64,000 nt of DNA from Planctomycetota bacterium. GTDB taxonomy: Bacteria; Planctomycetota; UBA8108; SXIK01. A model generated the notes under the pieces. It was given only the letters and a program-made list of their open reading frames with translations, was not told the origin of the DNA and did no database searches. This document shows, one piece after another, positions 48,459 through 57,191 of this stretch. The translations under genes were made by a program, and so were the position numbers. The DNA lies in contig CBDCXR010000004.1 in NCBI GenBank assembly GCA_965223845.1, positions 7,136,001 to 7,200,000 of the forward strand. Reading direction: 5' to 3'. Each line of letters begins with the position of its first letter. The first letter of the stretch is position 1.

Positions 48459-49268
48459 CTAGCGCAGCGCGGCCGCGAGCGCTGCGCGAGGAGTTGCGCG
48501 GACGAAGGCGACGAGGCCGGGGTAGGCCTCGTTCCAGGCTCGCGAACGCGAGAGGCCGTGGCGGAGCTCGAGGGTTACGGTTGGAGTGTCGAGGTCGATC
48601 CCCGCGTAGCTTCCGAGCGATCCCGGTGTTGGGTAGCCGATCGACGCGCGGAGCGGATACTTAGTCGCGCGGGCCATCGCTTCGGCGATCTCGCGCGCGG
48701 GACCGTCGTAGTTCACGCAATGAAGCGGTGAGTGGATCGCGAGGATGCGCGCCGGTCGAAACTGCCGCATCAGTTTGAGGACCGTGCGCGTCTCCGGCTC
48801 GCTTCCGGGGTAGAGCCCGTGGCGGCGGGCGGGCGTCCAGTTCTCTGCGGGAAAATTGCGATTGAGATCGACTCCGCGCACGTTGGTCCGCTGCCCCCGC
48901 GCGAGTCCGTCCGGATTGACGACCGGGACGACGACGAACCGCCGTCCGCGCAAGAGGGCCGGATCGGCGCGCACCTCGGCGATGAATCGCTCGAGGATGG
49001 GACCGCCGAGCGGCTCGTTGCCGTGCACGACGCCGAGGAGGAGGTACGTCTCTCGATCCCGCGCGGGCTCCTCGAGTGAGAGGATGGTCCCCCGAATCGG
49101 GAGTCCGTTCGTCGACACGCCGAACTGTTCTCGTTCGACGCGGACGCGCTCGTCGCGCTGGGGTGAAAACGGCGACACGCAGCCGATCGTCGCCGCACAG
49201 ATCGCCAGGGCAATGTAGAGACGCGCGCGAATCTGGAGCGCGCGCGTGAGAAAGAAGGGTGAGGGCAT
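48459..49268 (-). CDS. M14-family zinc peptidase, murein peptide amidase A (MpaA/DUF2817)-like, probable lipoprotein
   Basis: HGNE, NPDG, R-N-RGVDLNRNFP, SEPET, IHS, GYPTPGSLG, TLE; lipobox-like ATIGC. Confidence 0.85.
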   Translation of the reverse strand: MPSPFFLTRALQIRARLYIALAICAATIGCVSPFSPQRDERVRVEREQFGVSTNGLPIRGTILSLEEPARDRETYLLLGVVHGNEPLGGPILERFIAEVRADPALLRGRRFVVVPVVNPDGLARGQRTNVRGVDLNRNFPAENWTPARRHGLYPGSEPETRTVLKLMRQFRPARILAIHSPLHCVNYDGPAREIAEAMARATKYPLRASIGYPTPGSLGSYAGIDLDTPTVTLELRHGLSRSRAWNEAYPGLVAFVRATPRAALAAALR

Positions 49269-49686
49269 CGTGGCTCCTTCGCCGTTCGTTTCGTCAGAGC
49301 TCGCTCTCCACGCCCCGAGGTCCGGGACGGGCGAGGCCGGAGGCGTTCGTCGAGTGTGAGCGACCATCGACGGAATTCGAGCGCGGCGATGGTCCGAAAA
49401 AGTCGTCGTGACGCCACCGGGACCGCGGCGACACCGGGCTCACTCGAACGACGACATCCGACGGACTCTTATCGGACAACGGACCCACATCACTTTGGCC
49501 TCACCCTAAAACACGCGCGTCGCTTGCAGTCTCGTGACCTCTCTCGGAGAATAGATCTCTGGCCACGTACAAAAGCGGGGCGTTGACCACGGAGCGACCG
49601 CCGGGGAGGCGGAGCGGGGCGGCTCCGGACACTACGCCGAGCCCCGAAGTGCGGCGGGTTTTCGTCGCCGATTGGAGACTATCCGT

Positions 49687-50478
49687 ATGAGTGATGACCG
49701 ACATCTCTACGCGATCATGCACCCGAACCACGCGCTGGTGGGGTCGATGCTGCCGCCGGAGGAGTTCGGAAAGCACTACACCCTCGGCAGCTCGCGCTAT
49801 TTTCACGGACAGGTGATTTTCGCCGAGATCGCGATCGACTTCCGTCACGACTATTTCCCGATCGACGAGAAGCTCGCCGACGTCAAGCCGAAGGTGGACG
49901 GGAGTCCGAAACGGACGAAGTTCATCAAGTCCTACCGGGTGCTCGAGCACATCGACTTCGGCGCGTTCAAGGACCTCTTTGTCACGTCTTCGGTCGGTGA
50001 GGTCCTCCGCCTCGAGAAGGCGCCCTACACCCGTGATCACCAGCCCGGGTTCATCCGCACGTTCCAGGAGATCTGCCCGCTCCACATGATCGTGCTGTCG
50101 TACATGGATCCGCCGGAATTCGGGAAGTACATCACCTCGCCGGGCGTCGCGAAGGGGGCTCCGAAGCTGTTCTTCGCGCAGATCGATCTCAACATCGACG
50201 AGTTCCTGTCGAAGCTCGCGACCGACCCGTTCGTCCAGTCGCCGCTTCCGAACGTCCACCCGCACAAGCTGCGCGATCAGATCCTCGAAATGCGCGCGAA
50301 TCCCGAGAAGGGCACGAAGGGAATCAGCCTCGACTCCGTGCTGGGCCAAATCTCGTTTCTCCGGCTCCGCACCGGCTTCTGGATCGCCGGCCACGACGAT
50401 CTTCTCTTCTACCCGATTCCGGATGCCGAGACGCTCCAGCGCGACCACTTCCAGTGGCTGCGCTCGCTCAGTCAATAG
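49687..50478 (+). CDS. Conserved-looking hypothetical cytoplasmic protein with an internal duplication
   Basis: Strongly biased codon usage, GGAGA RBS, globular composition; repeated S-x2-PP-EFGK-(H/Y)...FA(E/Q)I unit. Confidence 0.8.
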   Translation: MSDDRHLYAIMHPNHALVGSMLPPEEFGKHYTLGSSRYFHGQVIFAEIAIDFRHDYFPIDEKLADVKPKVDGSPKRTKFIKSYRVLEHIDFGAFKDLFVTSSVGEVLRLEKAPYTRDHQPGFIRTFQEICPLHMIVLSYMDPPEFGKYITSPGVAKGAPKLFFAQIDLNIDEFLSKLATDPFVQSPLPNVHPHKLRDQILEMRANPEKGTKGISLDSVLGQISFLRLRTGFWIAGHDDLLFYPIPDAETLQRDHFQWLRSLSQ

Positions 50479-50568
50479 CCTCAACATGGGATCGTGCTCT
50501 AGCGCGCTGACCGGCGAGCAGCCCGACGTGGTTCTGAGTGCTCGAGGTCTACGGCGCCAGCTTAGACG

Positions 50569-52011
50569 CTAGGACGACGCGCTCAGGCGAGCGAACGACC
50601 AATCGTCGAGCTGAGTTCGTTCGTCGAACGCGATCTCGCAGTCGTACCCGAACCCGACCGCAGACACGACGCTGCGAAGATCGATGGTTCCGTCGACGAT
50701 GCGAAGGAGCACGGAATCTCCCGAATCGGTGTAGAGATCCGAGTGCGCGGCGAGTGCGGCTTCCGACTCCGCGGCCGGGAGATGATCGAGTCCGCGATAG
50801 TAGTGGTGGCCGTTTCGTTCCGCGTGCGCGATGTCGAGCGCCGCGAGGGCGGCGAAGTCTTCGTGGAGAGGCAACACCGCGACGTTCGCAAGATCCTCGG
50901 CGCTTTGAAAGTACCGCGGCTCGTCGAGCTCTGCATTGAGCTCAGAGATGAGCGCGCGATTCGTGAGCGACTTGAAGATTCCCTTACAATTCTTGTGCGA
51001 CACGCCTTGGTACCCGAGGTCCACCGCGCGGCGGAACGAATCGATTCGGTCGTCGCTCTCATCGATGAGAACGGGACGCAGCTCGGCGAGGCGACCGATC
51101 TCAGATTTCGCTTCCTCTCTGAGTGCGACGCTCCGCTCGAGCGGCTGTTCGACGAAGAGGATCGAGCGAAAGAGCTCGTCGCCGTAAGGCTGCGATCGCA
51201 GCTCTTCGAGAAGGCGCTCGAGCTCACCGGCGCTCCGGTACTGCTCGTTGCCGTCGAGAGTGACCGAATAGCCGTTCTCGCAGCGTTGAGAGAGCAGCGC
51301 CGCCATGCGTGTGAGTCGTTCGAGGTCGCGGTCGAACTCGCCGAAGACCTTCACCTTGAAGTATCGGAGGCCGTAGAACTCGATATCCTCCTCCAGCGCC
51401 TGCGGGAGACCGTCGTTCAATCGATCCTCGTCGGCGATCTCGCCGCGCGTGATCGGGTCGGCGAGCCCGACGGTGTGGCGGCACCAGATGCGTTCCCGCG
51501 GCTTCTCCGGTAGGTGTTGTGCGGTGTCGAATCCGAGCAGGTTCCGGCGAAGTCCGTCAAAGAACGAGATCCCCTCGGCGCGGCAGAGGGCGTCCGCGAT
51601 CGCTCGCTCGAAGAACGAGCTGGCGAACGAAGCGGTGAGGGCGTTGATGCCGGTCGTCGCCGCCTCGTCGATCACGCGCGGCAGAGCCGCTTCCCAGAGA
51701 GCGTGCGCGGGCTGCGCTGAGTGCCCGAGCAAGGAGTAGATCGCGCGCGCCTTGCGAAAGGCTTCGATCTGGTCTTCGACGTTTCGCTGAAAGTCCTTGC
51801 TCGGATCCTTGTCGAACCAGAGCGGCGGCAGACAGTCACCGGCGTATCCGGTCGCTCGAGTCCCTGTGCCCGTCTCGATGTCGACCTTGACGAGGAGAAT
51901 CGGCGCGGCGGTGAGGCAGGCCTTGCCGTAGCGGAACGGCATGCGCGTCCGCACTTCCTGCAGGACGGCGTCGGAGGAGACGATCGTGAACGTCGGCGCG
52001 TTTCGTTTCAT
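50569..52011 (-). CDS. Enolase-superfamily (mandelate racemase/MLE-like) protein of unknown substrate
   Basis: RMPFRYG, FKVKV, LDGNEQY, VEQP, IDES, HKNCKG, ERNGHHY. Confidence 0.8.
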   Translation of the reverse strand: MKRNAPTFTIVSSDAVLQEVRTRMPFRYGKACLTAAPILLVKVDIETGTGTRATGYAGDCLPPLWFDKDPSKDFQRNVEDQIEAFRKARAIYSLLGHSAQPAHALWEAALPRVIDEAATTGINALTASFASSFFERAIADALCRAEGISFFDGLRRNLLGFDTAQHLPEKPRERIWCRHTVGLADPITRGEIADEDRLNDGLPQALEEDIEFYGLRYFKVKVFGEFDRDLERLTRMAALLSQRCENGYSVTLDGNEQYRSAGELERLLEELRSQPYGDELFRSILFVEQPLERSVALREEAKSEIGRLAELRPVLIDESDDRIDSFRRAVDLGYQGVSHKNCKGIFKSLTNRALISELNAELDEPRYFQSAEDLANVAVLPLHEDFAALAALDIAHAERNGHHYYRGLDHLPAAESEAALAAHSDLYTDSGDSVLLRIVDGTIDLRSVVSAVGFGYDCEIAFDERTQLDDWSFARLSASS

Positions 52012-52247
52012 AGCGCGTCTGATTATTGCGCTCGCTGCGTCGATGTCAAAGCGAACGCGCGCTCGGACTCACTCTCCAATCGGCCGTGCGAGTCGAGCGG
52101 CCGATCCCGCGTGAAGTGGCGACGAGCGCGAAGAAGATGCTGTCGCGCGCGGCGTCGTGTACTCTGGGGCCACTGTCCGCGACCGCTTCGCGCGGTGGAG
52201 GCGACGCGGGGAAACGCGGAACTGAGCTCGGTTCGAGGTGGTCTCTC

Positions 52248-53111
52248 GTGACAAACCGAATTGCCGCAAGCGGGCGCATGAACTCTCTGCTCGCTCTCGC
52301 GCTCATCGCCGGCTGTCGGGCCGGTACCGACCACGTCTCTCCGGCGATTCGGACTGAGTCCGGGGGCGTCGTCGCGCCTGGGGGACGCGTCGATCACGAC
52401 ACGACGGCGGAAGAGTTGGCGCACACGCTCGGATCGACGAACGCCGGACGGACGCTTCTCCGTGCGGTCGATGCGCACGGGGGCTGGAGCCGATGGGTCG
52501 AGCTCACGGCGATCGAGTACCGCCGCGCGCGCTCGCACGCTCCGAACGGGAGTCGAGACGACGGTGCGGAAGACGGCGGCGACGGGCCGATCGCCGACGC
52601 ACCGATCGACGCGGCGCGCGAGTCCGGCGACGTGTCCCCGCCGCCCGACGGGGAGGGCGCGTTCCCGAGCGCGTCGCGAGAGGTCGAGATGGTGGTCCTC
52701 GATCCGCGCGAGTGGCGTTCGCTCAGCGGAAACGACGTCGAGCGCGACGAGGCGGAGCTCGTGTTCGCGCCGTTTTTCTTTCTCCGTGCGAACTGCACGA
52801 TCGAGTATCTCGGCGTCGAGTACGACCCCGAGGACGACGTGGCGTACGACAAGCTCCGCGTCGCGGACCTGAGCGACGAGCGCAGGAGCTGGATCGGCTT
52901 CTTCGGCGGAAACTCGGGACTTCTCCACCGCATCTTGAGGCCGCGCGCGGACGGACGATGGGAGCGAGTATCGTTCGGAGGGTGGGTCGACGCCGCTGGC
53001 CTCCGATGGCCGACGACGCGCTCGGTCCACCTGCTCGAGAGTCGCTTTCGGCGGGCGTCCGAACGCACCTTCGCGTGGCGCGACGAACTGGGCGAGTGGA
53101 GCGTTCGCTGA
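52248..53111 (+). CDS. Hypothetical lipoprotein
   Basis: Lipobox LALIAGC, AVDAHGGWSRW motif, beta-rich C-terminus. GAGGTGG RBS before GTG 52248 (ATG 52278 is an alternative). Confidence 0.65.
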   Translation: MTNRIAASGRMNSLLALALIAGCRAGTDHVSPAIRTESGGVVAPGGRVDHDTTAEELAHTLGSTNAGRTLLRAVDAHGGWSRWVELTAIEYRRARSHAPNGSRDDGAEDGGDGPIADAPIDAARESGDVSPPPDGEGAFPSASREVEMVVLDPREWRSLSGNDVERDEAELVFAPFFFLRANCTIEYLGVEYDPEDDVAYDKLRVADLSDERRSWIGFFGGNSGLLHRILRPRADGRWERVSFGGWVDAAGLRWPTTRSVHLLESRFRRASERTFAWRDELGEWSVR

Positions 53112-53138
53112 CGCCGCCCAGAGGACGTCGTTCTTTCC

Positions 53139-55061
53139 ATGTACTGCCCTCGCTGTTCACTCGAGTTCGACGGAAAGAGCGACGACGACGCGTGCCCCCG
53201 ATGCGGGGAGGCCGGGCGGCTCGCCGGTCCGCCCGCGTCGATCACGTCCACGATTCCCGCGCCGGACGCTGAGGACGACGGCGATCGTACGCGCACGGAG
53301 AATCGCTCGGAACCCGCCGATCCCTGGGCGCCGAATTCCATCGTCGCCGGAAAGTACGAGGTGCTGTCGCGTCTCGGCTCGGGTGGTTTTGGGACCGTCT
53401 ACAAGGTGCGGCACCTCTTCCGCAAGAAATACTACGCGCTCAAAGTTCCCCATCCTTCGGTCGCGCGCGACGAGAGCTTTCGCCTCCGCTTCGAGCGCGA
53501 AATCGAGGTGATGGAGCGGTTCGTTCACCCGGACGTCGTCATGATCCGCGACTCCGGTCGCACCGAAGAGGATTGGCCCTACTTCACGATGGACTTCATC
53601 GAGGGCGAGAGTCTCCGCGCCGTGCTCCGTCGCGAGGGGCGACTCCCCGTCCGGCGCGCGCTCGAGATCGTCACCCGCATTCTGCAGGTGCTCGATGTTG
53701 CGCATTCGCACCAGATCATTCACCGCGACATCAAGCCGGACAACATCCTCCTCACATCGGTCGGAGGGCGCGAACGCGTCAAGGTGGTCGACTTCGGGGT
53801 GGCGAAGCTCCTCGATCTGGTCGGCGAATCGGAGACGATCACTCGCGGGCAGCGCGTCGGAACGCCGAAGTACATGTCCCCGGAGCAGATCACGGGCGGC
53901 GACGTCGATGCGCGCAGTGACCTTTTCTCCCTGGGCATCCTTCTCTACGAGATGGTGACGGGAGCGTATCCCTTCGCCGGTTCACGCGATCCCATCCGAG
54001 TCACAGGGGCGATTCTCAGCGCTGAGCCGGAGCCGCCGCGCGACCGATGTCCCGACATCTCTCGGGGTACGAGCGATCTCATCCTCTCCCTGCTCGAGAA
54101 GCGCGCGCGGCGGCGACCGGAGTCGGCGTTGGCCGTGATCCGGAGCATCGAGGCTCTCGACGAACGAGTTTCCGGCGGCGAGCCGAGCGTGGCGCTCGCT
54201 TTAGAGCTCGAACCCGGCTTCGAGCGCGAGTCAGCGCGCTCTCTCGTTCTCCGCGAGTCCGGAGCCAGCGGCGAGCGGCGTTATTTTCTTTTCTTTCGCG
54301 ATCGCGTTACGTTTGGCCGTGCGAACGATCGCACTCGCGGCATCGCGAACGACGTTCTGCTTCGACGACTCCCGTGTCGCTCGCGATCGCTCGATCCCGA
54401 GAACTGGCGCGCGAACGCCACGCTCAGCCACGGGCTCGTCGCGGTGTACCCGGACGGGAACGCGCTCGTCGTCGAGCCGCTCGCGGTCGCCAAATGCCCG
54501 ATCGTGATCGGCGGCGTTCGGAGTACGAGCGCGGCGCGGCTCTACGCGGATCGCTTTCACCTCGCGTTCGGTGAGCGTGTGATCGAGCTCGACGGCTACC
54601 GTGTCGCCCGAACGCCGCAGAGCTCCGCGTGGGATCTCGAGTTTCTCCTCGAGGGCCGCCCCGGCGACCTTCCGGTCGCGACGCTCGGCGGCTACTCGAA
54701 TCCGAGTGCGATGCTCGACGGCGCGTACTTTCGCCGCGCGAACAACGGCGATCGCCACGAGTACTATCTCATCTACCGTATGCTACGCGTCGGTTCCGGC
54801 GCGCGCTCGGCGCTGCGCCTCGATCGACCGGGAGTCGCCGGCGAGCACGCCGTGATCCTCTTCGAGGGAGGCGAGGCTTTCCTTGTCGCCACGGGTGGAC
54901 CGGTCGGTGTTTCCGGTGCGCGTGGGCTCGATGGCGAGCGCGAGCCGTTCGAGCTGCGACCGGGACGCTGCCTTCCGCTCACGCCCGGGTTGCAACTGCG
55001 TTTCGGGGACGCCATCCTGAGTGCGAGTGCGACGGTGGAGCGAGACTTCAAAACCGACTAG
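53139..55061 (+). CDS. Hanks-type Ser/Thr protein kinase with N-terminal zinc ribbon and C-terminal FHA-like domains
   Basis: CPRC...CPRC; LGSGGFGTVY, ALK, HRDIKPDN, DFG, GTPKYMSPEQ, SDLFSLG; later VTFGR and LRVGS...HAVI...LRFG. Confidence 0.9.
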   Translation: MYCPRCSLEFDGKSDDDACPRCGEAGRLAGPPASITSTIPAPDAEDDGDRTRTENRSEPADPWAPNSIVAGKYEVLSRLGSGGFGTVYKVRHLFRKKYYALKVPHPSVARDESFRLRFEREIEVMERFVHPDVVMIRDSGRTEEDWPYFTMDFIEGESLRAVLRREGRLPVRRALEIVTRILQVLDVAHSHQIIHRDIKPDNILLTSVGGRERVKVVDFGVAKLLDLVGESETITRGQRVGTPKYMSPEQITGGDVDARSDLFSLGILLYEMVTGAYPFAGSRDPIRVTGAILSAEPEPPRDRCPDISRGTSDLILSLLEKRARRRPESALAVIRSIEALDERVSGGEPSVALALELEPGFERESARSLVLRESGASGERRYFLFFRDRVTFGRANDRTRGIANDVLLRRLPCRSRSLDPENWRANATLSHGLVAVYPDGNALVVEPLAVAKCPIVIGGVRSTSAARLYADRFHLAFGERVIELDGYRVARTPQSSAWDLEFLLEGRPGDLPVATLGGYSNPSAMLDGAYFRRANNGDRHEYYLIYRMLRVGSGARSALRLDRPGVAGEHAVILFEGGEAFLVATGGPVGVSGARGLDGEREPFELRPGRCLPLTPGLQLRFGDAILSASATVERDFKTD

Positions 55062-55242
55062 TCTCCTTCCCGCCCGCACGGCAGGAGACTGCCGGCGTCA
55101 CCCCAACGAGCGAGCCTTCGGCGCGTTCAGCCTCGAGGACACGCGGTTCTGACGAATCGCGTCTGTTTGGAACCGATACCGCGATCAGTCGGAGAGCCTT
55201 GTCCTCCGACGGAGTTTCGCCGCGACACGTACGGAGCTCAGA

Positions 55243-55614
55243 GTGCCCGATCGACTCAAACTCGCCTGCTGGCTGGGATCCGTCCGCTCGATCGTCGGCG
55301 TGCTGCTCGCTTCGTTTCTCGTCTACAAGCTCTTCTTCGCCGAAAAGCCCGTTCCCGAGGTGTTCGCATCCGACCGGCGGCTGTTCCTCGTCCTCGCGAT
55401 CGTGCTCGCCGTCCTCGCGCTCCTCCGGCTCACGATCGTCGTCGGCTCCGTACTCTCGCTCCGGTGGGTCCGTCGGCTCGGACTCGGTCTCGCGATCTTC
55501 GACTGCGCCAACCTGATTCTCTTCCCGCTATCGACCGCGTTCGGGCTTCATGGCCTGGTCGTGTTCCGTCACGCCGACACCGTTCACTTCTTCGGCTCCC
55601 GCCCCCGAAGCTGA
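55243..55614 (+). CDS. Small integral membrane hypothetical protein
   Basis: Three to four hydrophobic segments; FPLSTAFGLHGL near the C-terminus. Confidence 0.6.
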   Translation: MPDRLKLACWLGSVRSIVGVLLASFLVYKLFFAEKPVPEVFASDRRLFLVLAIVLAVLALLRLTIVVGSVLSLRWVRRLGLGLAIFDCANLILFPLSTAFGLHGLVVFRHADTVHFFGSRPRS

Positions 55615-55702
55615 CTCCGCAGCGAAACGGATCGCGCGGGCACTCCCCGGCTCGCGTTTGGGATCGACCGCCTGGTTTTTGTCCTGGTGGTTGAGCTCGG
55701 AC

Positions 55703-55755
55703 GTCTCATTTGAGACAATAGCGGTTTGTCTCCACTCGACATGTAAGTTGGGACA
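55703..55755. promoter_or_regulatory. Putative operator with GAGACA/TGTCTC half-sites upstream of the sugar operon
   Basis: GTCTCA-TT-TGAGAC (55703-55716), GAGACAA-N7-TTGTCTC (55712-55732), TTGGGACA (55748-55755) in an AT-richer gap. Confidence 0.35.
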
Positions 55756-55828
55756 CGCAGCCTGGTTACGATTCTCCCGGTCCTGCGGCCGACGAGCTCG
55801 TCGCCTTCCATCGAGGTTTCTTTCCCGA

Positions 55829-57088
55829 ATGCCGTCCAAGGTCGAACGATACCGAGAAGACTTCTCGATTCCCGAGAAAACGCTCTGCTGGCAACTGAGC
55901 GGCAAGGGCTTCGAGAGTTTCGCCCTCGCCGAAGTCGCCGTCCCCGAGATGGGGCCGCGGGACATCCGCTTCCGTTCCGATTCGAACGGGATCTGCTTTT
56001 CCGACGTGAAGGTCATCGCGGCGGGCGGCGAACATCCTCGCCTCAAGGGTTACGACATCGCGAAGGACAAAGTCGTTCCCGGTCATGAGATTTCGATCAC
56101 CATCGTCGAAGTCGGCGAAGATGCGGACCCGAGATTTCGCGTCGGCGATCGCTACATCGTCCAGGCGGACATGCTCGAGTTCGACACCGCGGTCGGCTAC
56201 GCGATTTGGGGCGGGATGATTCAGTACGGCGTGTTCGACGACCGCGTGCAGAAGTATCTCATCAAGGTCGAGGAGCCGGACCTCGGCTTTTCCCAGGCGT
56301 CGCTCGTCGAGCCGTGGGCCTGCATCGAGGCGTCCTACGAACGAGCGGATCTCCAGCCGACCGACGATTCGGTGTGGGTCATCGGGGGGGGCGGCCCGAT
56401 GGGGCAGATGCACATCCAGCGGACGATCGCGCTCGCTGAGCTCGGGCGTCTCCCGGCCCTCGAGCTCGTTCTCGTCACGGACGTGAGCGCCGAGCGCCTC
56501 GACGCGGTCGCGACGCGATTCGGTCCGTCGATCGAAAAGGTCGGGGCACGACTCGTCACGCTCAACCCGCTCGACGACCAGTTCGAAGCGCGCATGAACG
56601 AAGTCGCGCCGCGCGGCGTCGCGTACTCGATCGCGTGCGCGCAGATTCCGGAGGTCGTGAGTGATTCGCTCCGGTTTCTCCGTCGTTACGGCGTCTGCAA
56701 TCTCTTCGCCGGATTGAAACGCGGCACCGGTCCCGTTTTCCTCGGCGACATTCACTACGATCAGCACACCCTGACGGGAAACTCCGGATCGCGTGTCGCG
56801 GACATGGAAAAGGTCCTTCGCATGACTGAAAAAGGCGAGATGGACACGAACGCGTCCGCCGGTGCCGTCGTCGGCATGAAGGCGTGCGCCGACGGCGTGC
56901 GTGCGGTCGCCGACGGCGCGATCACCAACAAGACGATTCTCTACCCGCAGCTTGCCGATCTGCCGCTCACGCCGATCGAAGAGCTGCCGAAACTCGTCGA
57001 GTTTTCACCGGACGTCCGCCGCGAGGTCGAGGCCGGACGCTGGAGCAGGGACGCCGAGCGCGAGATGCTCGAAGCGCTCCTGCCCTGA
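55829..57088 (+). CDS. Zinc-binding MDR dehydrogenase, L-sorbose-1-phosphate reductase (SorE)-like
   Basis: GICFSD-K, VPGHE, GDRYIVQAD, SLVEPWAC, GGGGPMG, IHY...G-SG. Start at ATG 55829. Confidence 0.85.
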   Translation: MPSKVERYREDFSIPEKTLCWQLSGKGFESFALAEVAVPEMGPRDIRFRSDSNGICFSDVKVIAAGGEHPRLKGYDIAKDKVVPGHEISITIVEVGEDADPRFRVGDRYIVQADMLEFDTAVGYAIWGGMIQYGVFDDRVQKYLIKVEEPDLGFSQASLVEPWACIEASYERADLQPTDDSVWVIGGGGPMGQMHIQRTIALAELGRLPALELVLVTDVSAERLDAVATRFGPSIEKVGARLVTLNPLDDQFEARMNEVAPRGVAYSIACAQIPEVVSDSLRFLRRYGVCNLFAGLKRGTGPVFLGDIHYDQHTLTGNSGSRVADMEKVLRMTEKGEMDTNASAGAVVGMKACADGVRAVADGAITNKTILYPQLADLPLTPIEELPKLVEFSPDVRREVEAGRWSRDAEREMLEALLP

Positions 57089-57191
57089 CGATCGGAAGCA
57101 GGACCGGCCGCCGGAGCGCGCGCGTTCGTCGTCGGTAGGTTCGGGGCCGCTTTCTGGCGCGAGCCGACTTAGTTTTCTCGAGGAATCGTCC

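Noticed and set aside
49380-49680. ZMP/ZTP or other riboswitch upstream of the 49687 gene
   Set aside because: Only fragmentary resemblance (GTGAC, CCGGGGAG); the conserved GACTGGCG and CGCCTGGG elements are absent.
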